Part shown: one piece after another, positions 1-11,118 of the stretch
Position numbering within the stretch: position 1 is the first letter of the stretch
How the letters are laid out: every line of letters starts with the position of its first letter
Assembly (NCBI GenBank): GCA_900617105.1
Contig: UYFQ01000260.1
Span: 372,001 to 436,000, forward strand
Direction: 5' to 3'
Length of the DNA: 64,000 bases
DNA from: Hydrurus foetidus
Taxonomy: Eukaryota
Position numbers and translations under genes: made by a program
Notes under the pieces: model-generated
Told to the model about the DNA's origin: nothing
What the model saw: only the letters and a program-made list of their open reading frames with translations
The model's database searches: none

Positions 1-300
1 CGCCGATCGCCGTCGTCACCGGCACGGGGCGGGTGATGGTCGAGCCGTTGTTGTTGACGTCGGAATCGACCTGGATGGCGTGCAGGCCGCCATAGACCTC
101 ATTGGCCTCCAGGCCGGCGATCGCGGCGGGGTTCCACCACAGGCTGGATGCGCCGTGATCAGCGACCTCGCCCGAATAGGCCCGGCCGCGCCGCGCACCG
201 ATTGTTCCTGCAGATAGAAGGCCGAAGCGGAGGCCTGGGAGGCGGCGACGAGCACGCCAAAAGCCACGCCGACGGCGAGGCGGTTACGCGAAAAAGTCAT
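1..300 (-). CDS. fadL: Outer-membrane long-chain fatty acid transporter, FadL/OmpP1/TodX family (5' part only, runs off the window; apparent frameshift near 180)
   Basis: ATG at 300; signal peptide MTFSRNRLAVGVAFGVLVAASQASA followed by SAFYLQEQSVRG, the typical FadL-family N-terminus. Confidence 0.75.
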
Positions 301-430
301 GAACTGACGAGACCTTCTTGGGGAGGAGAAGTCCCCAAGCGTCTTGCGGCGCTGGAGGAGCGCCGCGTCTAACGGATTGAGCCAGAAACCGTTGCTATTT
401 CTCAGGCGCGCGGTGGATTTTGTACGTGAA

Positions 431-461
431 GTCAAAGAAACGGGGCCGCAAGGGCCCCGTT
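431..461 (-). terminator. Rho-independent terminator after the SDR gene
   Basis: Minus strand reads AACGGGGCCC-TTGC-GGCCCCGTT followed by TCTTTG. Confidence 0.6.
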
Positions 462-531
462 CCAAACGCTGTTATGTCAGTAATGGCGCGAATGTGGCCG
501 CCAAGTGGTCGCTTTCACTACAAGACTATTG

Positions 532-1437
532 TCAGCCGCCCGCCATCTTGCGGAAAAACTTCTGACCTTGCTCGCCGCCGTTGAAATAGGCCTTTTGGCC
601 GTCTTCGGCGGTGATCTGGCCCCAATGGTCGCGGATGCCCTCGGCCGACAGCTCGCCGTCGCTCAGATAGACGCCCTCGGTCTCATAGAGGCGCGTCAGG
701 GCGAAGGCGCCGGCGCCGGCGGTCAGGATCGCGCCGGTCGGGGCTTCGTCGGAGACCAGATACATCACGCCTGGCGTGACCGCCTCGGGCGCCAGCTTGG
801 CCAGTACTTCGGGCGGCATCAGGCCCTCGGTCATGCGGGTGGCGGCGACCGGGCTGATGGCGTTGATGTGGACGTTGTTCTTTTGACCCTCGAGCTTGAG
901 GGTGTTCATCAGGCCCAGCACCGCCATCTTGGCCGCGCCGTAATTGGACTGGCCGAAATTGCCGTACATGCCCGACGACGAGGTCGTCACGACGATGCGG
1001 CCATAGTTCTGGGCCTTCATGATGTCCCAGACCGCCTTGATCGGCTTGAAGGTGCCCCAGACGTGGACCTGCATGACCGCCTCGAAGTCGGCCAGTTCCA
1101 TCTTGCTCAGGGTCTTGTCGCGCAGGATGCCGGCATTGGCGATCAGGATGTCGATCCGGCCCCAGGTGTCCATGGTGGTCTTGACCAGGTCGGCGACGCC
1201 GGCGTCGTCGGTCACCGAGGCGCCGTGGGCGATGGCTTCGCCGCCGGCGGCCTTGATCTCTTCCACGACCTTCAGGGCGGCGTCTGACGAGCCGCCCGAA
1301 CCGTCGACGCTGCCGCCCAGATCGTTGACCACCACCTTGGCGCCGCGACGGGCCAGTTCCAGGGCGTGCTGTCGGCCAAGGCCGCCACCTGCGCCCGTAA
1401 CGATCGCTACCTTGCCGTCAAAACGGATGTCCGACAT
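532..1437 (-). CDS. SDR-family oxidoreductase, MFE-2-like (R)-3-hydroxyacyl-CoA dehydrogenase
   Basis: Intact 301-aa ORF with TGAGGGLG, VVVNDLGG, ANAGILRD and GNFGQSNYGAAK (YxxxK). Confidence 0.9.
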   Translation of the reverse strand: MSDIRFDGKVAIVTGAGGGLGRQHALELARRGAKVVVNDLGGSVDGSGGSSDAALKVVEEIKAAGGEAIAHGASVTDDAGVADLVKTTMDTWGRIDILIANAGILRDKTLSKMELADFEAVMQVHVWGTFKPIKAVWDIMKAQNYGRIVVTTSSSGMYGNFGQSNYGAAKMAVLGLMNTLKLEGQKNNVHINAISPVAATRMTEGLMPPEVLAKLAPEAVTPGVMYLVSDEAPTGAILTAGAGAFALTRLYETEGVYLSDGELSAEGIRDHWGQITAEDGQKAYFNGGEQGQKFFRKMAGG

Positions 1438-1451
1438 GCCCTAGTCTCCCT

Positions 1452-1465
1452 CAAACGCGTGTTTG
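1452..1465. promoter_or_regulatory. PsrA-type TetR operator
   Basis: CAAAC-GCGT-GTTTG dyad directly upstream of the SDR ribosome-binding site. Confidence 0.6.
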
Positions 1466-1564
1466 GTTTGGCGCGTTTGTGCGGCGCGGGAGGGGAGGCG
1501 TCAAGGGCGCCGGCGCCGCGCGGCCCTGACGTTTTGCGCCGCTCAGGCGTTCCGTGTCCGAGCC

Positions 1565-1590
1565 TTGATCCTGATCACAGTGTCACGGGC
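1565..1590 (+). promoter_or_regulatory. Candidate CueR (MerR-family) promoter/operator
   Basis: TTGATC -35-like hexamer overlapping an imperfect dyad CCTGA(T)CAC-A-GTGTCA(C)GG upstream of the Cu ATPase. Confidence 0.45.
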
Positions 1591-1634
1591 CGCAGAGGCA
1601 TATGGCGAAGGCCGGACGCCAGGAGAACCTCGCG

Positions 1635-3806
1635 ATGTCTGACCACGCGCTACACCCTGCCCACGCTCCCACAGGCGCGGCGCCAGGGACCGCCGCGATT
1701 GGAGCTTTCTACACCTGTCCGATGCATCCCAGGGTTCGGACGGTGGGGCCCGGTGTCTGTCCGATCTGCGGCATGGCGCTAGAGCCCGAGGCGCCGCAGC
1801 TTGACGATGGCCCCAATCCCGAACTGACGGACATGACCCGGCGGTTCTGGATCGCTCTGGTCCTCACCCTGCCGGTCTTCGTGCTGGACATGGGCGCGCA
1901 CCTGTTTGGCCTGATGCCGCCCTGGGGGGACCGCGCCAACGCCTTCATCCAGCTGGCTCTGGCTTCGCCGGTTGTGCTGTGGACGGGCTGGCCGTTCTTC
2001 CAGCGTGGCTGGGCGTCGATCCTGGCGCGCAGCCTCAACATGTTCACCCTGATCGCCCTGGGGACCGGCGCGGCCTATCTCTATTCGCTGGTCGCGACCC
2101 TCGCGCCGGACCTGCTGCCCGCCAGCTTCCAGGGCCATCACGGACGGCCGGTCTATTTCGAGGCCGCGGCGGTGATCACCGTCCTGGTCCTGCTGGGCCA
2201 GGTGCTGGAACTGCGGGCGCGCGAGCGCACCGGGGGCGCCATCCGCGCCCTGCTGAACCTGGCCCCGCGCACGGCTCGGCGCATCGGCGCCGACGGCCAG
2301 GACGCCGAGGTCAGCATCGACGCCATTCTGGTGGGCGACCGGCTGCGGGTCAGGCCAGGCGAGACGATTCCCGTCGACGGAGTCGTGCTGGAAGGTCGTG
2401 GTCATGTCGACGAGGCCATGGTCACCGGCGAGTCGATGCCGGTCCTCAAGGCGCCGGGCTCACTGCTGGTGGGCGGGGCGATCAACAAGAGCGGTGGCTT
2501 TGTCATGCAGGCCCAGCGGGTCGGGCGCGACACCCTGCTGTCGCGGATCGTGGCCATGGTCGCCCAGGCCCAGCGGTCGCGTGCCCCGATCCAGCGGCTG
2601 GCCGATCGGGTCGCGGCCTGGTTCGTGCCCATCGTGCTCGCCGCCGCCGTCCTGGCCTTCGCCGCGTGGGCGCTGGTCGGGCCCGAGCCGCGTCTGGCCA
2701 ACGCCCTGGTCGCCGCCGTGGGCGTGCTGATCATCGCCTGTCCCTGCGCCCTGGGACTGGCCACGCCGATGTCGATCATGGTCGGGGTCGGGCGCGGCGC
2801 CCAGGCGGGCATCCTGCTGAAGGACGCCCAGACGCTGGAGCGGCTGGAGCGTATCGACGTGCTGGTGGTCGACAAGACCGGCACCCTCACCGAGGGTCGA
2901 CCTGTTCTGAGCTCCATCCAGACCGTCGGGGTGACGGAGGACGAGCTCCTTCGCCTGGCCGCCAGCCTGGAACGCGGCAGCGAGCATCCGCTGGGCAAGG
3001 CGATCGTCGAGGCCGCCGAGGCGCGCAAGCTGGCCCTGGCCGAGGTCGCCGGGTTCGACTCGCCCGTGGGACGCGGCGTGACCGGTCTGGTCGAGGGCCG
3101 CCGCGTGGCGATCGGGGCCGAGCCCTACATGGTCGATCTGGCGATCGCGGTCACCGATCTGGCCAAGGGCGCCGAGGCTTTGAGAGGCGAGGGGGCGACA
3201 GTGGTCTTCGTGGCGCTGGACGGCGTGGCCGCCGGGCTGCTGGCGATCAAGGATCCCATTCGCCCGTCCAGCCGCGCGGCGATCAAGGCGCTAAAGGACC
3301 AGGGCGTTCGGGTGCTGATGATGACCGGCGACAATGAGGTCACCGCCATGGCCGTGGCTCGCGCTCTGGGCATCGATGAGGTGGAGGCCGGGGTGCTCCC
3401 CGACCGCAAGGCCCATGTTGTCGAACGGCTGAAAGCCGAGGGGGCGTCTGTGGCCATGGCGGGGGACGGGGTCAATGACGCCCCGGCCCTGGCGGCGGCT
3501 GATGTCGGCATCGCCATGGGCGGCGGCGCCGATGTGGCGATGGAGGCGGCCGGCGTCACCCTGCTGAACGGCGACCTGATGGGCGTGGTCCGGGCCCGCT
3601 CGCTGTCGCGGGCCGTGATGCGCAATATCCGCCAGAACCTGACCTTCGCCTTCGCCTACAACGCCGCCGGCGTGCCGATCGCGGCGGGGGCGCTGTATCC
3701 GGCCTTCGGCCTGACCCTGACGCCGCAGCTGGCGGCCCTGGCCATGGCGCTCAGCTCGGTCAGCGTGATCGGCAATGCCCTGCGGCTGAGGACCTGGAAG
3801 GCCTGA
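1635..3806 (+). CDS. copA: Copper-translocating P1B-1 P-type ATPase
   Basis: AGGAG RBS at 1621; YTCPMHP..CPICGM metal-binding domain, [34 protein letters not shown] and MALSS Cu(I) motifs. Confidence 0.92.
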   Translation: MSDHALHPAHAPTGAAPGTAAIGAFYTCPMHPRVRTVGPGVCPICGMALEPEAPQLDDGPNPELTDMTRRFWIALVLTLPVFVLDMGAHLFGLMPPWGDRANAFIQLALASPVVLWTGWPFFQRGWASILARSLNMFTLIALGTGAAYLYSLVATLAPDLLPASFQGHHGRPVYFEAAAVITVLVLLGQVLELRARERTGGAIRALLNLAPRTARRIGADGQDAEVSIDAILVGDRLRVRPGETIPVDGVVLEGRGHVDEAMVTGESMPVLKAPGSLLVGGAINKSGGFVMQAQRVGRDTLLSRIVAMVAQAQRSRAPIQRLADRVAAWFVPIVLAAAVLAFAAWALVGPEPRLANALVAAVGVLIIACPCALGLATPMSIMVGVGRGAQAGILLKDAQTLERLERIDVLVVDKTGTLTEGRPVLSSIQTVGVTEDELLRLAASLERGSEHPLGKAIVEAAEARKLALAEVAGFDSPVGRGVTGLVEGRRVAIGAEPYMVDLAIAVTDLAKGAEALRGEGATVVFVALDGVAAGLLAIKDPIRPSSRAAIKALKDQGVRVLMMTGDNEVTAMAVARALGIDEVEAGVLPDRKAHVVERLKAEGASVAMAGDGVNDAPALAAADVGIAMGGGADVAMEAAGVTLLNGDLMGVVRARSLSRAVMRNIRQNLTFAFAYNAAGVPIAAGALYPAFGLTLTPQLAALAMALSSVSVIGNALRLRTWKA

Positions 3807-3815
3807 GCCCCAACG

Positions 3816-3844
3816 AAAAACGCCGGGCGGAGAACCGCCCGGCG
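3816..3844 (-). terminator. Rho-independent terminator between convergent genes
   Basis: CGCCGGGCGG-AGAA-CCGCCCGGCG perfect stem preceded by AAAAA (U-tract on minus strand). Confidence 0.8.
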
Positions 3845-3870
3845 CCTCGTGGTCTCTGGAAGCGGTCTGG

Positions 3871-4875
3871 CTAGTTCGGCTTGGTCATGCCGCCGCCGAC
3901 GGGGGCGGTCGGCTTGTCGCGCTTCACGCCGGCCTTCTTGCCGGGCTTCATGAACTTGACCAGCACGCGCTGGCCGACCAGCAGCGGGGCGCCGTCGGCG
4001 CTGACCACCACCTCGACCACGCGCTCATCGCTGCGCTGGCTGGGATCGTCGGAGGCCAGCTTGCGGGCCCCGAACACGGCGGCGCGGCGCAGGACCTTGC
4101 CGACATAGACCTTGTCGGGATCGCCCTCGGGCTGAATCTCGACCTCCTGGCCGTTGGCCACGTTGGGGATGTCGGCCTCGACGATCTCGGCGCGAACGAT
4201 GCGCTGGGTGTCGGGCTCGAGGTCGAACATGTTGGACACGTTGAGGGTCGAGGCGCCGGCGCCGGGATTGGCGTAGCGGCGGGCGATGCGGCCGTTCATC
4301 GGCGCGCGGATCACCGTCAGTTCCAGGTTGTACTGGGCCTCGTTCTTGCGGGCGACGGCGGTGGCGACCTGGGCCTGCTGGGCGGCCAGCGTGGCGCGAG
4401 CGTTGGCGATGGCGTCTGACGCCGCATCGACGCGCGTGCCGGCCACGAAGTTGCTGGCGGTCAGCTTGCTGAGGCGGGCATGCTCGCGCTGGGCGGTGGC
4501 CAGCTGAACGCGAGTGGCGTTCTGGGCGGCGCGGGCCTGGGCGACCTCGGCATCGGCGCGTTCGACGGCCAGGCGTCCCTCGTCGCTCTGCTGCCGGGCC
4601 AGGATCTGGTCCTTCACGACCAAGTCGCCTTCCTGGACATAGACGGCCTCAACCACACCGCCGCGACGGGCGGCGACCTGGATGATGCCGCCTTCGACGT
4701 CAGCCTTGCCGTTGGCGATGGCCGCGTAGGGGGAGGGCTCCTCCATCTTGGCGGCGGCCTCGAGCTTCTTCTTTTTCTCAGCCGCCTGGCCCTTCATGTA
4801 GAAGAACCCGCCGCCGCCAGCGGCGAGCACGACGATGATGATCCAGAACATCGGGCGGCGCAAAAAGCCGAACAT
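3871..4875 (-). CDS. HlyD/DevB-type membrane-fusion (periplasmic adaptor) protein
   Basis: N-terminal TM helix, lipoyl half-motifs (VYVQEGDLV; IRAPMNGRI), coiled coil, DERVVEVVV. Confidence 0.88.
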   Translation of the reverse strand: MFGFLRRPMFWIIIVVLAAGGGGFFYMKGQAAEKKKKLEAAAKMEEPSPYAAIANGKADVEGGIIQVAARRGGVVEAVYVQEGDLVVKDQILARQQSDEGRLAVERADAEVAQARAAQNATRVQLATAQREHARLSKLTASNFVAGTRVDAASDAIANARATLAAQQAQVATAVARKNEAQYNLELTVIRAPMNGRIARRYANPGAGASTLNVSNMFDLEPDTQRIVRAEIVEADIPNVANGQEVEIQPEGDPDKVYVGKVLRRAAVFGARKLASDDPSQRSDERVVEVVVSADGAPLLVGQRVLVKFMKPGKKAGVKRDKPTAPVGGGMTKPN

Positions 4876-4893
4876 ATCAGTTTCCCCCAGAAA

Positions 4894-5641
4894 TCAGTGG
4901 CTGAGCGGACCGGGATTGGCGTCGGGCGTTCTACGCACGTCGTCCAGGATCCGGCCGTCTTCGATGTGGATGACGCGGTCGGCATAGGCCTCCAACCGCG
5001 GGTCGTGGGTCACGCAGATCACCGCCGCGCCGCGCTCGGTCGCCGCAGCGCGCAGGAGCTTGATGACGGTTTCGCCGCTCTTGCCGTCGAGGGCCGAGGT
5101 CGGCTCGTCGGCAAAGATCAGGTTCGGGTTCTTGGCCAGGGCGCGGGCGATGGCCACACGCTGCTTCTCGCCGCCCGACAGTTCCGAAGGCCGCTGGTTG
5201 ACGCGCGGGCCAAGGCCCACCGACTCCAGCGCCGCCTGGGCGCGGCGCGAGGCCTCGCCGGGACCCACGTTCTGGTACTTCAGAACGGTCATGACCTGTT
5301 GCTTGGCGGTGAGGGCCGGGAACAGGTTGAAGCCCTGGAAGATGAAGCCGCAGTGGTCCAGTCGGAAGCGGTCAATCTTGCCGGCCGACAGCGACCACAG
5401 GTCATTGGCCTCCAGCGCGGTGACCTTGCCCTCGTCGGGCTTGAGCAGACCGGACAGGGCGGCCACGAGGGTCGACTTGCCCGAGCCCGAGGGGCCCATG
5501 ACCATGGTCACGTCGCCATGCTTGGCGTCGAAGTCCACGCCCTTGAGCACCTCGATAAAGGTCCGGCCGGTCTTGAACCGCTTGACCAGACCCTGGGCCG
5601 AGGGCGCTCTGGCCGCGCAGGTGGCTGTGATCGTTGCTCAT
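4894..5641 (-). CDS. ABC transporter ATP-binding protein (LolD/DevA-like); apparent frameshift near 5600
   Basis: Walker A GPSGSGKS, LSGGEKQRVAIARAL, FADEPTSALD, VTHD; ATG at 5641 overlaps the permease stop. Confidence 0.88.
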
Positions 5642-6844
5642 CGCAGCAGGTCCGCGGGTTGGCTGTTCTTCAGGATGCCCAGCGACGGGAAGCCGGAGAG
5701 CATGGCGATCAACACGAGGAAGATCGCGACGGTGATGATCAGGCTGGGCGGGAAGAACATCGGCACGCCGCCGGCGCTGGCCAGCAGGGTGACCAGCCAG
5801 GTCAGCAGACCCGCAGCCCCGACCCCGACGATGCCGACCCAGAAGGACAGCTCCATGACGATGTTGCGCAGGTCGCCCATCGACACGCCCAGGGCGCGCA
5901 GGGAGGCGAACTCCTTGATATTGGCCATGATCGCGCCGCGCAGGGTCTGCCAGGTGATGGCGACGCCGATCAGCAGGCCCAGGAACGCCGAGAAGCCCAG
6001 CATGATGCCGATGATCTGGTCGTCCAGCATGGCGCTGGAATTGGCGTCGGCCAGTTCCTGACGGGTCCAGGCGCGGAACTTGCCGTCGGCCTTCTTGTTC
6101 AGCTGGGCCGCCACGATCTCGGCGCGGGCCGGGTCGCGGATCTGCACCATCAGGGGCCCGACCCGCTGGCCGGTGTCGGCCTCGCCCAGCATCCGCAGGG
6201 TGTCGCGCGACATCACCAGGGTGGGCTGGATGATGTTGGGATAGCCGGTGGTGACCACGGCGATCGTGATGGTCTTGCCATTATAGATCGCCTTGTCGCC
6301 CTTCTTGACGCCCAGGCGCTTCAGCGCGGTCTGGTCGACGGCCACGGCATAGGGCTGGCGCAGCGCCTCGACCATCGACTGGGTGTAGTCGGTCGGCACG
6401 GTCACATAGCCCGGGATGGCGTCGATCACGGTGACGTTGACGAACTCGGTCTTGCGACCACCGCCTTCGCCGCCGGCCGGCTTGCCGCCCTTGGCGGCGG
6501 CCTTGGTGCGGGCGTCGATCTTGGCCTGCTCCTCGGGAGACAGGATGTTCTGGAACCGGCCGCCGGAGCCGTCGAGGGGCGACCTGGGTCACTTCAGGGT
6601 GGCTGTAGACCAGCGGGATCATGCGGCGCGGCAGGCCTGAGGGACCGCCGAACAGGGCCTTGGCGCCGGGGCCCAGCACCATGATGTCGGCGCGCGCCCG
6701 GTCAATCTGGGCGGTGAAGCCCTTGCCGATGCCGACGAACATGCCGACCTGGGCCAGCACCAGAAGGCCCGAGAACGCCAGGGCGACCACGGCCGCCATG
6801 TATCGACGCCACTCGTAAAGCAAAGTGGCCAAGGCCAGCGACAT
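5638..6844 (-). CDS. ABC transporter permease, FtsX/MacB/DevC-like; apparent frameshift near 6580
   Basis: ORFs 6281-6844 (N-terminal TM) and 5638-6429 (KEFASLRALG, three C-terminal TMs, PADLLR) join into one permease. Confidence 0.82.
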
Positions 6845-7103
6845 GCGAAAAATGCTCCCCCAATCAAGGGTTGCAGCAATGACCGGCGTTCATCCAGCGG
6901 CCAAGTTAAATCGGGGTAAGGCGGAGCATCCGGCGGCGTGGTGCAAGCGCCGAGCTTGCAGCAGCGCAGCTTCCTGCGACATTTCACTTCGGTAACATGC
7001 TGAAATGTGGAATGTTTTTCGCTGGCCTTGGCGTGCGCCGGCTCATTCGGCGCGGGCGCTCTGGTCTTTGGGGTCGGGCGCTGCAATCGGAAAGGAGAGC
7101 GCA

Positions 7104-7950
7104 ATGACCGTCTCAAGTGTCGGTTCCTCATCGCTGGCGCAGCAAATGCGGCAGCTTCAACAATCGATGTTCACCACGGCGGACGCCGATTCCGACGGCG
7201 CGCTGTCGCTGACCGAGTTCCAGTCGATTGGGCAGAAAGTGCAGGGCGGCGGCGATCGCCCCCCTGCGCCGCCCATGGGCGGGCAGGGCGGCCCCGGCGG
7301 AAATTTCAGCGGCGACACACTGCGCTCGCTGATGTCGGTGCAGATGCTGGGCTCGGACGCCGGTTCGATCCTCGGCAGCGGCGACACCGACGCCGACGGC
7401 CTGATGTCGGCCGACGAGATTTCCACCGCCCTGGCCGCCAATGCGCCGGAACAGGCCAAGGGGCTGGGCCTGGAAGGCAAGATGGCGCAGGACATGATCT
7501 CCGCGCTCGATTCCGACGCCGACGGCGCCCTGTCGTCCGACGAGATCGCCTCGGGCCTGTCCTCCGCGCAGTCGGCCCTGCAGGGCATGGGCGGTCCGCC
7601 GCCGGGTGGTCCGCCGCCGTCTGAGGCCGCCGGCCAGAGCGCCTCGGCGTCTTCTGGGGCCAGCGGTTCCAGCACGACCTACGACACCCGCGACACCAAC
7701 GAGGACGGAACCGTCTCGGCCAGCGAACTGCTGGCCTCTCTGGACACCGATGAAGACGGATCGCTGTCGACATCCGAGTTCGACGTGTTGATGGACGCCC
7801 TGAGCGCGGTCCAGGATTCCAGTGAAAGTGCCCTCGCCGGCCTCCCGGCCCAGTGTGGCTTCAGACCTGATGCAGAAGCTGCTGGCGCAGCTGAACACCG
7901 CGATGACATCCGGTTCCGCGTCCGCCGGCTCTGTCAGCGCCACGGCCTGA
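7104..7950 (+). CDS. Multi-EF-hand calcium-binding protein; apparent frameshift near 7845
   Basis: AAAGGAG RBS; five DxDxDGxxSxxE-type loops (DADSDGALSLTE, DTDADGLMSADE, DSDADGALSSDE, DTNEDGTVSASE, DTDEDGSLSTSE); shifted frame ends LMQKLLAQLNTAM...SVSATA-stop at 7950. Confidence 0.78.
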
Positions 7951-8156
7951 GGCCTTCCCTTCCTCCGGTCCTTCCGGCGATACAGCCTGTCGTCGGGAGG
8001 GTCGGGGGCGAGATCCTGCCGTCCTGACGGCATAAGTCCCCTTCCTGCGGCGCAAGGCGCGCAAGCCGCTTGCCTCTAACGGTAAACTTGGTGTCAATCT
8101 CGGCCCTTGGCTGACGTCGCGGGGGCGTCGCCTAGTTCAAAGGTTCTTCTGTCTTG

Positions 8157-9437
8157 ATGTTTCGTCCCGAGAACGTTCAAGCCCTCGCGGGTCTGGCGCT
8201 CACCCTCGCCCTTTGCTGGCTGGTCTCCGAGAATCGCAAGCGTTTCCCCTGGGTGCTGGCCATCGGCGCCATCGTCGTCCAGGTCGGCCTCGTGCTGCTG
8301 CTGTTCGGACTGCCCCAGGCCCAGACGCTGCTGCGCGGCGTCAATGGCGCGGTCGAGGGCCTGTCGGCCTCGACCCAGGCCGGCACCATGTTCATCTTCG
8401 GCTTCCTGGCGGGCGGCGATCAGCCCTATCCGGTCAGCAATCCGGGCCTGGGCTTCATCTTCGCCTTCCGCGTCCTGCCGGTGATCCTGGTGGTCTGCGC
8501 CCTGTCGGCGCTGCTCTGGCACTGGAAGATCCTCAAATGGGCGGCGCAGGGCTTTGGCTTTGTGTTCCAGAAGACCCTGGGCCTGCGCGGCCCGCCGGCC
8601 CTGGCCACCGCCGCCACCATCTTCATGGGCCAGATCGAAGGCCCGATCTTCATCCGCGCCTATCTCGACAAGCTGTCGCGGTCTGAACTGTTCATGCTGA
8701 TCGCGGTCGGCATGGCCTGCGTCAGCGGCTCGACCATGGTGGCCTATGTCACCATCCTGGCCGACGTGCTGCCCAACGCCGCCGCCCACGTGCTGACCGC
8801 CTCGATCATCTCGGCCCCGGCCGGCGTGCTGCTGGCCCGGATCATCGTGCCGGCCGATCCGATGGAAAAGGTCTCCAGCCTGGACCTCAACATCGACGAC
8901 AAGACCTATGGCAGCGCCATCGACGCCGTCATGAAGGGCACGACCGACGGCCTGCAGATCGCCCTGAACATCGGCGCCACCCTGATCGTCTTCGTGGCCC
9001 TGGCCACCATGGTCGACAAGGGTCTGGCCGCCCTGCCGGACGTCGGCGGCCAGCCGCTGAGCATCGCGCGCGGCCTGGGCGTGGTCTTCGCGCCCCTGGC
9101 CTGGTCGATGGGCATCCCCTGGAAGGAAGCCGGCACCGCCGGCGGCCTGCTGGGCGTCAAGCTGATCCTCACCGAGTTCACCGCCTTCATCCAGATGTCC
9201 CAGACGGGCGCCGCCCTGCTGGACGAGCGCACCCGGATGATCATGACCTACGCCCTGTGCGGCTTTGCCAATATTGGCTCGGTGGGCATGAACGTGGCCG
9301 GCTTCAGCGTGCTGGTGCCCGAGCGCCGGCAAGAGGTTCTGGGCCTGGTCTGGAAGGCGATGATGGCCGGCTTCCTGGCCACCTGCCTGACGGGTTCGCT
9401 GATCGGCCTGATGCCGCGCGAGCTGTTCGGGCTCTGA
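8157..9437 (+). CDS. nupC: Concentrative nucleoside transporter (NupC/CNT family)
   Basis: Intact hydrophobic ORF with IFMGQIEGP, VSGS, KLILTEFTAF and YALCGFANIGS motifs. Confidence 0.88.
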   Translation: MFRPENVQALAGLALTLALCWLVSENRKRFPWVLAIGAIVVQVGLVLLLFGLPQAQTLLRGVNGAVEGLSASTQAGTMFIFGFLAGGDQPYPVSNPGLGFIFAFRVLPVILVVCALSALLWHWKILKWAAQGFGFVFQKTLGLRGPPALATAATIFMGQIEGPIFIRAYLDKLSRSELFMLIAVGMACVSGSTMVAYVTILADVLPNAAAHVLTASIISAPAGVLLARIIVPADPMEKVSSLDLNIDDKTYGSAIDAVMKGTTDGLQIALNIGATLIVFVALATMVDKGLAALPDVGGQPLSIARGLGVVFAPLAWSMGIPWKEAGTAGGLLGVKLILTEFTAFIQMSQTGAALLDERTRMIMTYALCGFANIGSVGMNVAGFSVLVPERRQEVLGLVWKAMMAGFLATCLTGSLIGLMPRELFGL

Positions 9438-9497
9438 TGCTATGAGCGTCCAGGCGCTTCCCAGCGTCTGGACGCGACCGCCATGGAGGGAGCGACC

Positions 9498-9943
9498 TTG
9501 TCGAACTTCATCCAGATCACGCCGTTCATGCATGTGCCCGAGCTTGAGCCGGCGCTGACGTTCTTCAACGACATCCTCGGATTCAAGACCCTCTTCCGTG
9601 AGGGCGACTACGCCTATGTCGAGCGGGAAGGGGCGGGCGTCCGCATCCTGGCCGGGCAGGGCGAGGACGGCGCGCCGCCGGGCAACCGCCGCTGCTACTA
9701 TGTCGACGTCCGCGACGTGGACGCCTGTACGATGAGTTGAAACCGCGCCTCGACACCCTGCCGCCCCGCGACGTCCACGGTCCGGCGGACAAGCCCTACG
9801 GCCAGCGCGAACTGCTGGTCGTTGCGCCGGACGGCAACCTGATCGCTTTCGGCCAGGCGATCACCGGGGTCCAACGACCGCCTCTTTCCTTCCCCAACGA
9901 AACCCGCTCATCCTCTCGTCAAAACGGGAGGATCTCACCATGA
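9498..9943 (+). CDS. VOC/glyoxalase/bleomycin-resistance family protein; frameshifted, 3' end uncertain
   Basis: GGAGGG RBS then TTG; ITPFMHV..FFNDILGF and, in the next frame, PYGQRELLVVAPDGNLIAFG. Confidence 0.72.
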
Positions 9944-10551
9944 AGCTCTATGACAGCCGCCGCGCCCCCAATCCGCGTCGCGTGCGCTGGTTCATGGCCG
10001 AGAAGGGCATCGAGGACGTCGAGATCGTCGACATCGACATCTTCGGCGGCCAGCATCGAACGCCCGACTATCTCGCCAAGGCGGGCCTGCCCAATGTGCC
10101 GGCGCTTGAGATCGACGAGCACACGACGATCACCGAGTCGGTGGCCATCTGCCGCTATCTGGAAAGCGTTTATCCCGAGCCGAACCTGTTCGGGCGCGAT
10201 CCGCTTGAGACCGCGATCATCGAGATGTGGACGCGCCGCGCGAGATGCTGCTCGACCCGCTGATGATGGCCGTGCGGCATGGCCATCCCGCCCTGGCCGC
10301 CATCGAGACCCAGGTCCCCGAGATCGCCGAGACCAATCGCAAGGCCGCCGAACGGGCGCTGAAGGTGTTCGACCGCCGCCTGGCCGACAGTGAGTTCATC
10401 GCGGCGATCGGGTGACCATCGCCGACATCCTGGCGGTCACGGGATCGACTTCGCCCGGATGGTCAAGTTTCGGCCGGACGCCGAGCTGGTCAATGTGGGG
10501 CGGTGGCTTGAGCAGATGATGCAGAGGCCGGCGGCGAAGGCTGGAGTGTAG
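9940..10551 (+). CDS. Glutathione S-transferase family protein; several frameshifts
   Basis: MKLYDSRRAPNPRRVRWFMAEKG, VPALE..ITESVAICRYLE; C-terminal TIADI..RWLEQMMQRPAA..TAG at 10551. Confidence 0.82.
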
Positions 10552-10557
10552 TGGGTC

Positions 10558-10660
10558 AAGTCCTCCCCCTGAAGGGGGAGGCGGCCCGAAGGGCCGGAGG
10601 GGCTAGCTCGGCTCAGGCCCCATTAGCCCCTCGGTCGCTCCGCGACAGCTCTGAGGGAGC
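10558..10660. repeat. Palindromic intergenic repeat, family A (copy 1, 3' end degenerate)
   Basis: CCTCCCCCTGAAGGGGGAGG hairpin plus GAGGGGCTA...TAGCCCCTC stem; 10558-10584 is the exact reverse complement of 21729-21755. Confidence 0.8.
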
Positions 10661-10667
10661 AGCCCAG

Positions 10668-11118
10668 TACCGCGACCGGATCTTCTTGATCACGCCCGAA
10701 AAGTTCAGCATCGGCGAACTGCCCGTCGAGACCAGCCCGCGCACGAACAGCAGCGAGCCGCCGGCCTTGGTGACCTCGCCGGTCGCCGTCCCAGGTCGCC
10801 GGGCCGGGCCGGGCCCATGAACTCGCCGTTCAGGCTGACCGTGACGGCGTGCTGGCCGGCCAGCGCCCGCCACGAGATCGCAAACAGCGAAAAGTCGGCG
10901 AAGGTCAGCATGCAGCCGCCGTGCATGAAGCCGCCGCCGTTCATGTGGCGGGTCTCGGCCTTGAAGGCGGTGGTCACCAGGCCGGTCTCATCTTCCCTGA
11001 AATAGAAGGGTCCGGACTGGTCCTCGAACGGATCCAGACCCGACCAGGTGCGCCAGCCGGCCCACTCGCCGCTCTCGACCAGTCGCGGCCCGCCGGGCGC
11101 GTCATTGCCGCCATCCAT
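10668..11118 (-). CDS. PaaI-family (hotdog-fold) thioesterase; frameshift near 10800, stop uncertain
   Basis: DPFEDQSGPFYF, HMNGGGFMHGGCMLTFAD, VTVSLNGEF; GEVTKAGGSLLFVRG in the second frame. Confidence 0.8.

Noticed and set aside
4480..6684. Long antisense ORFs (also 8094-9533, 26698-28527, 40709-42742 and others)
   Set aside because: Shadow frames expected in high-GC coding DNA, opposite well-supported genes, with no recognisable motifs.
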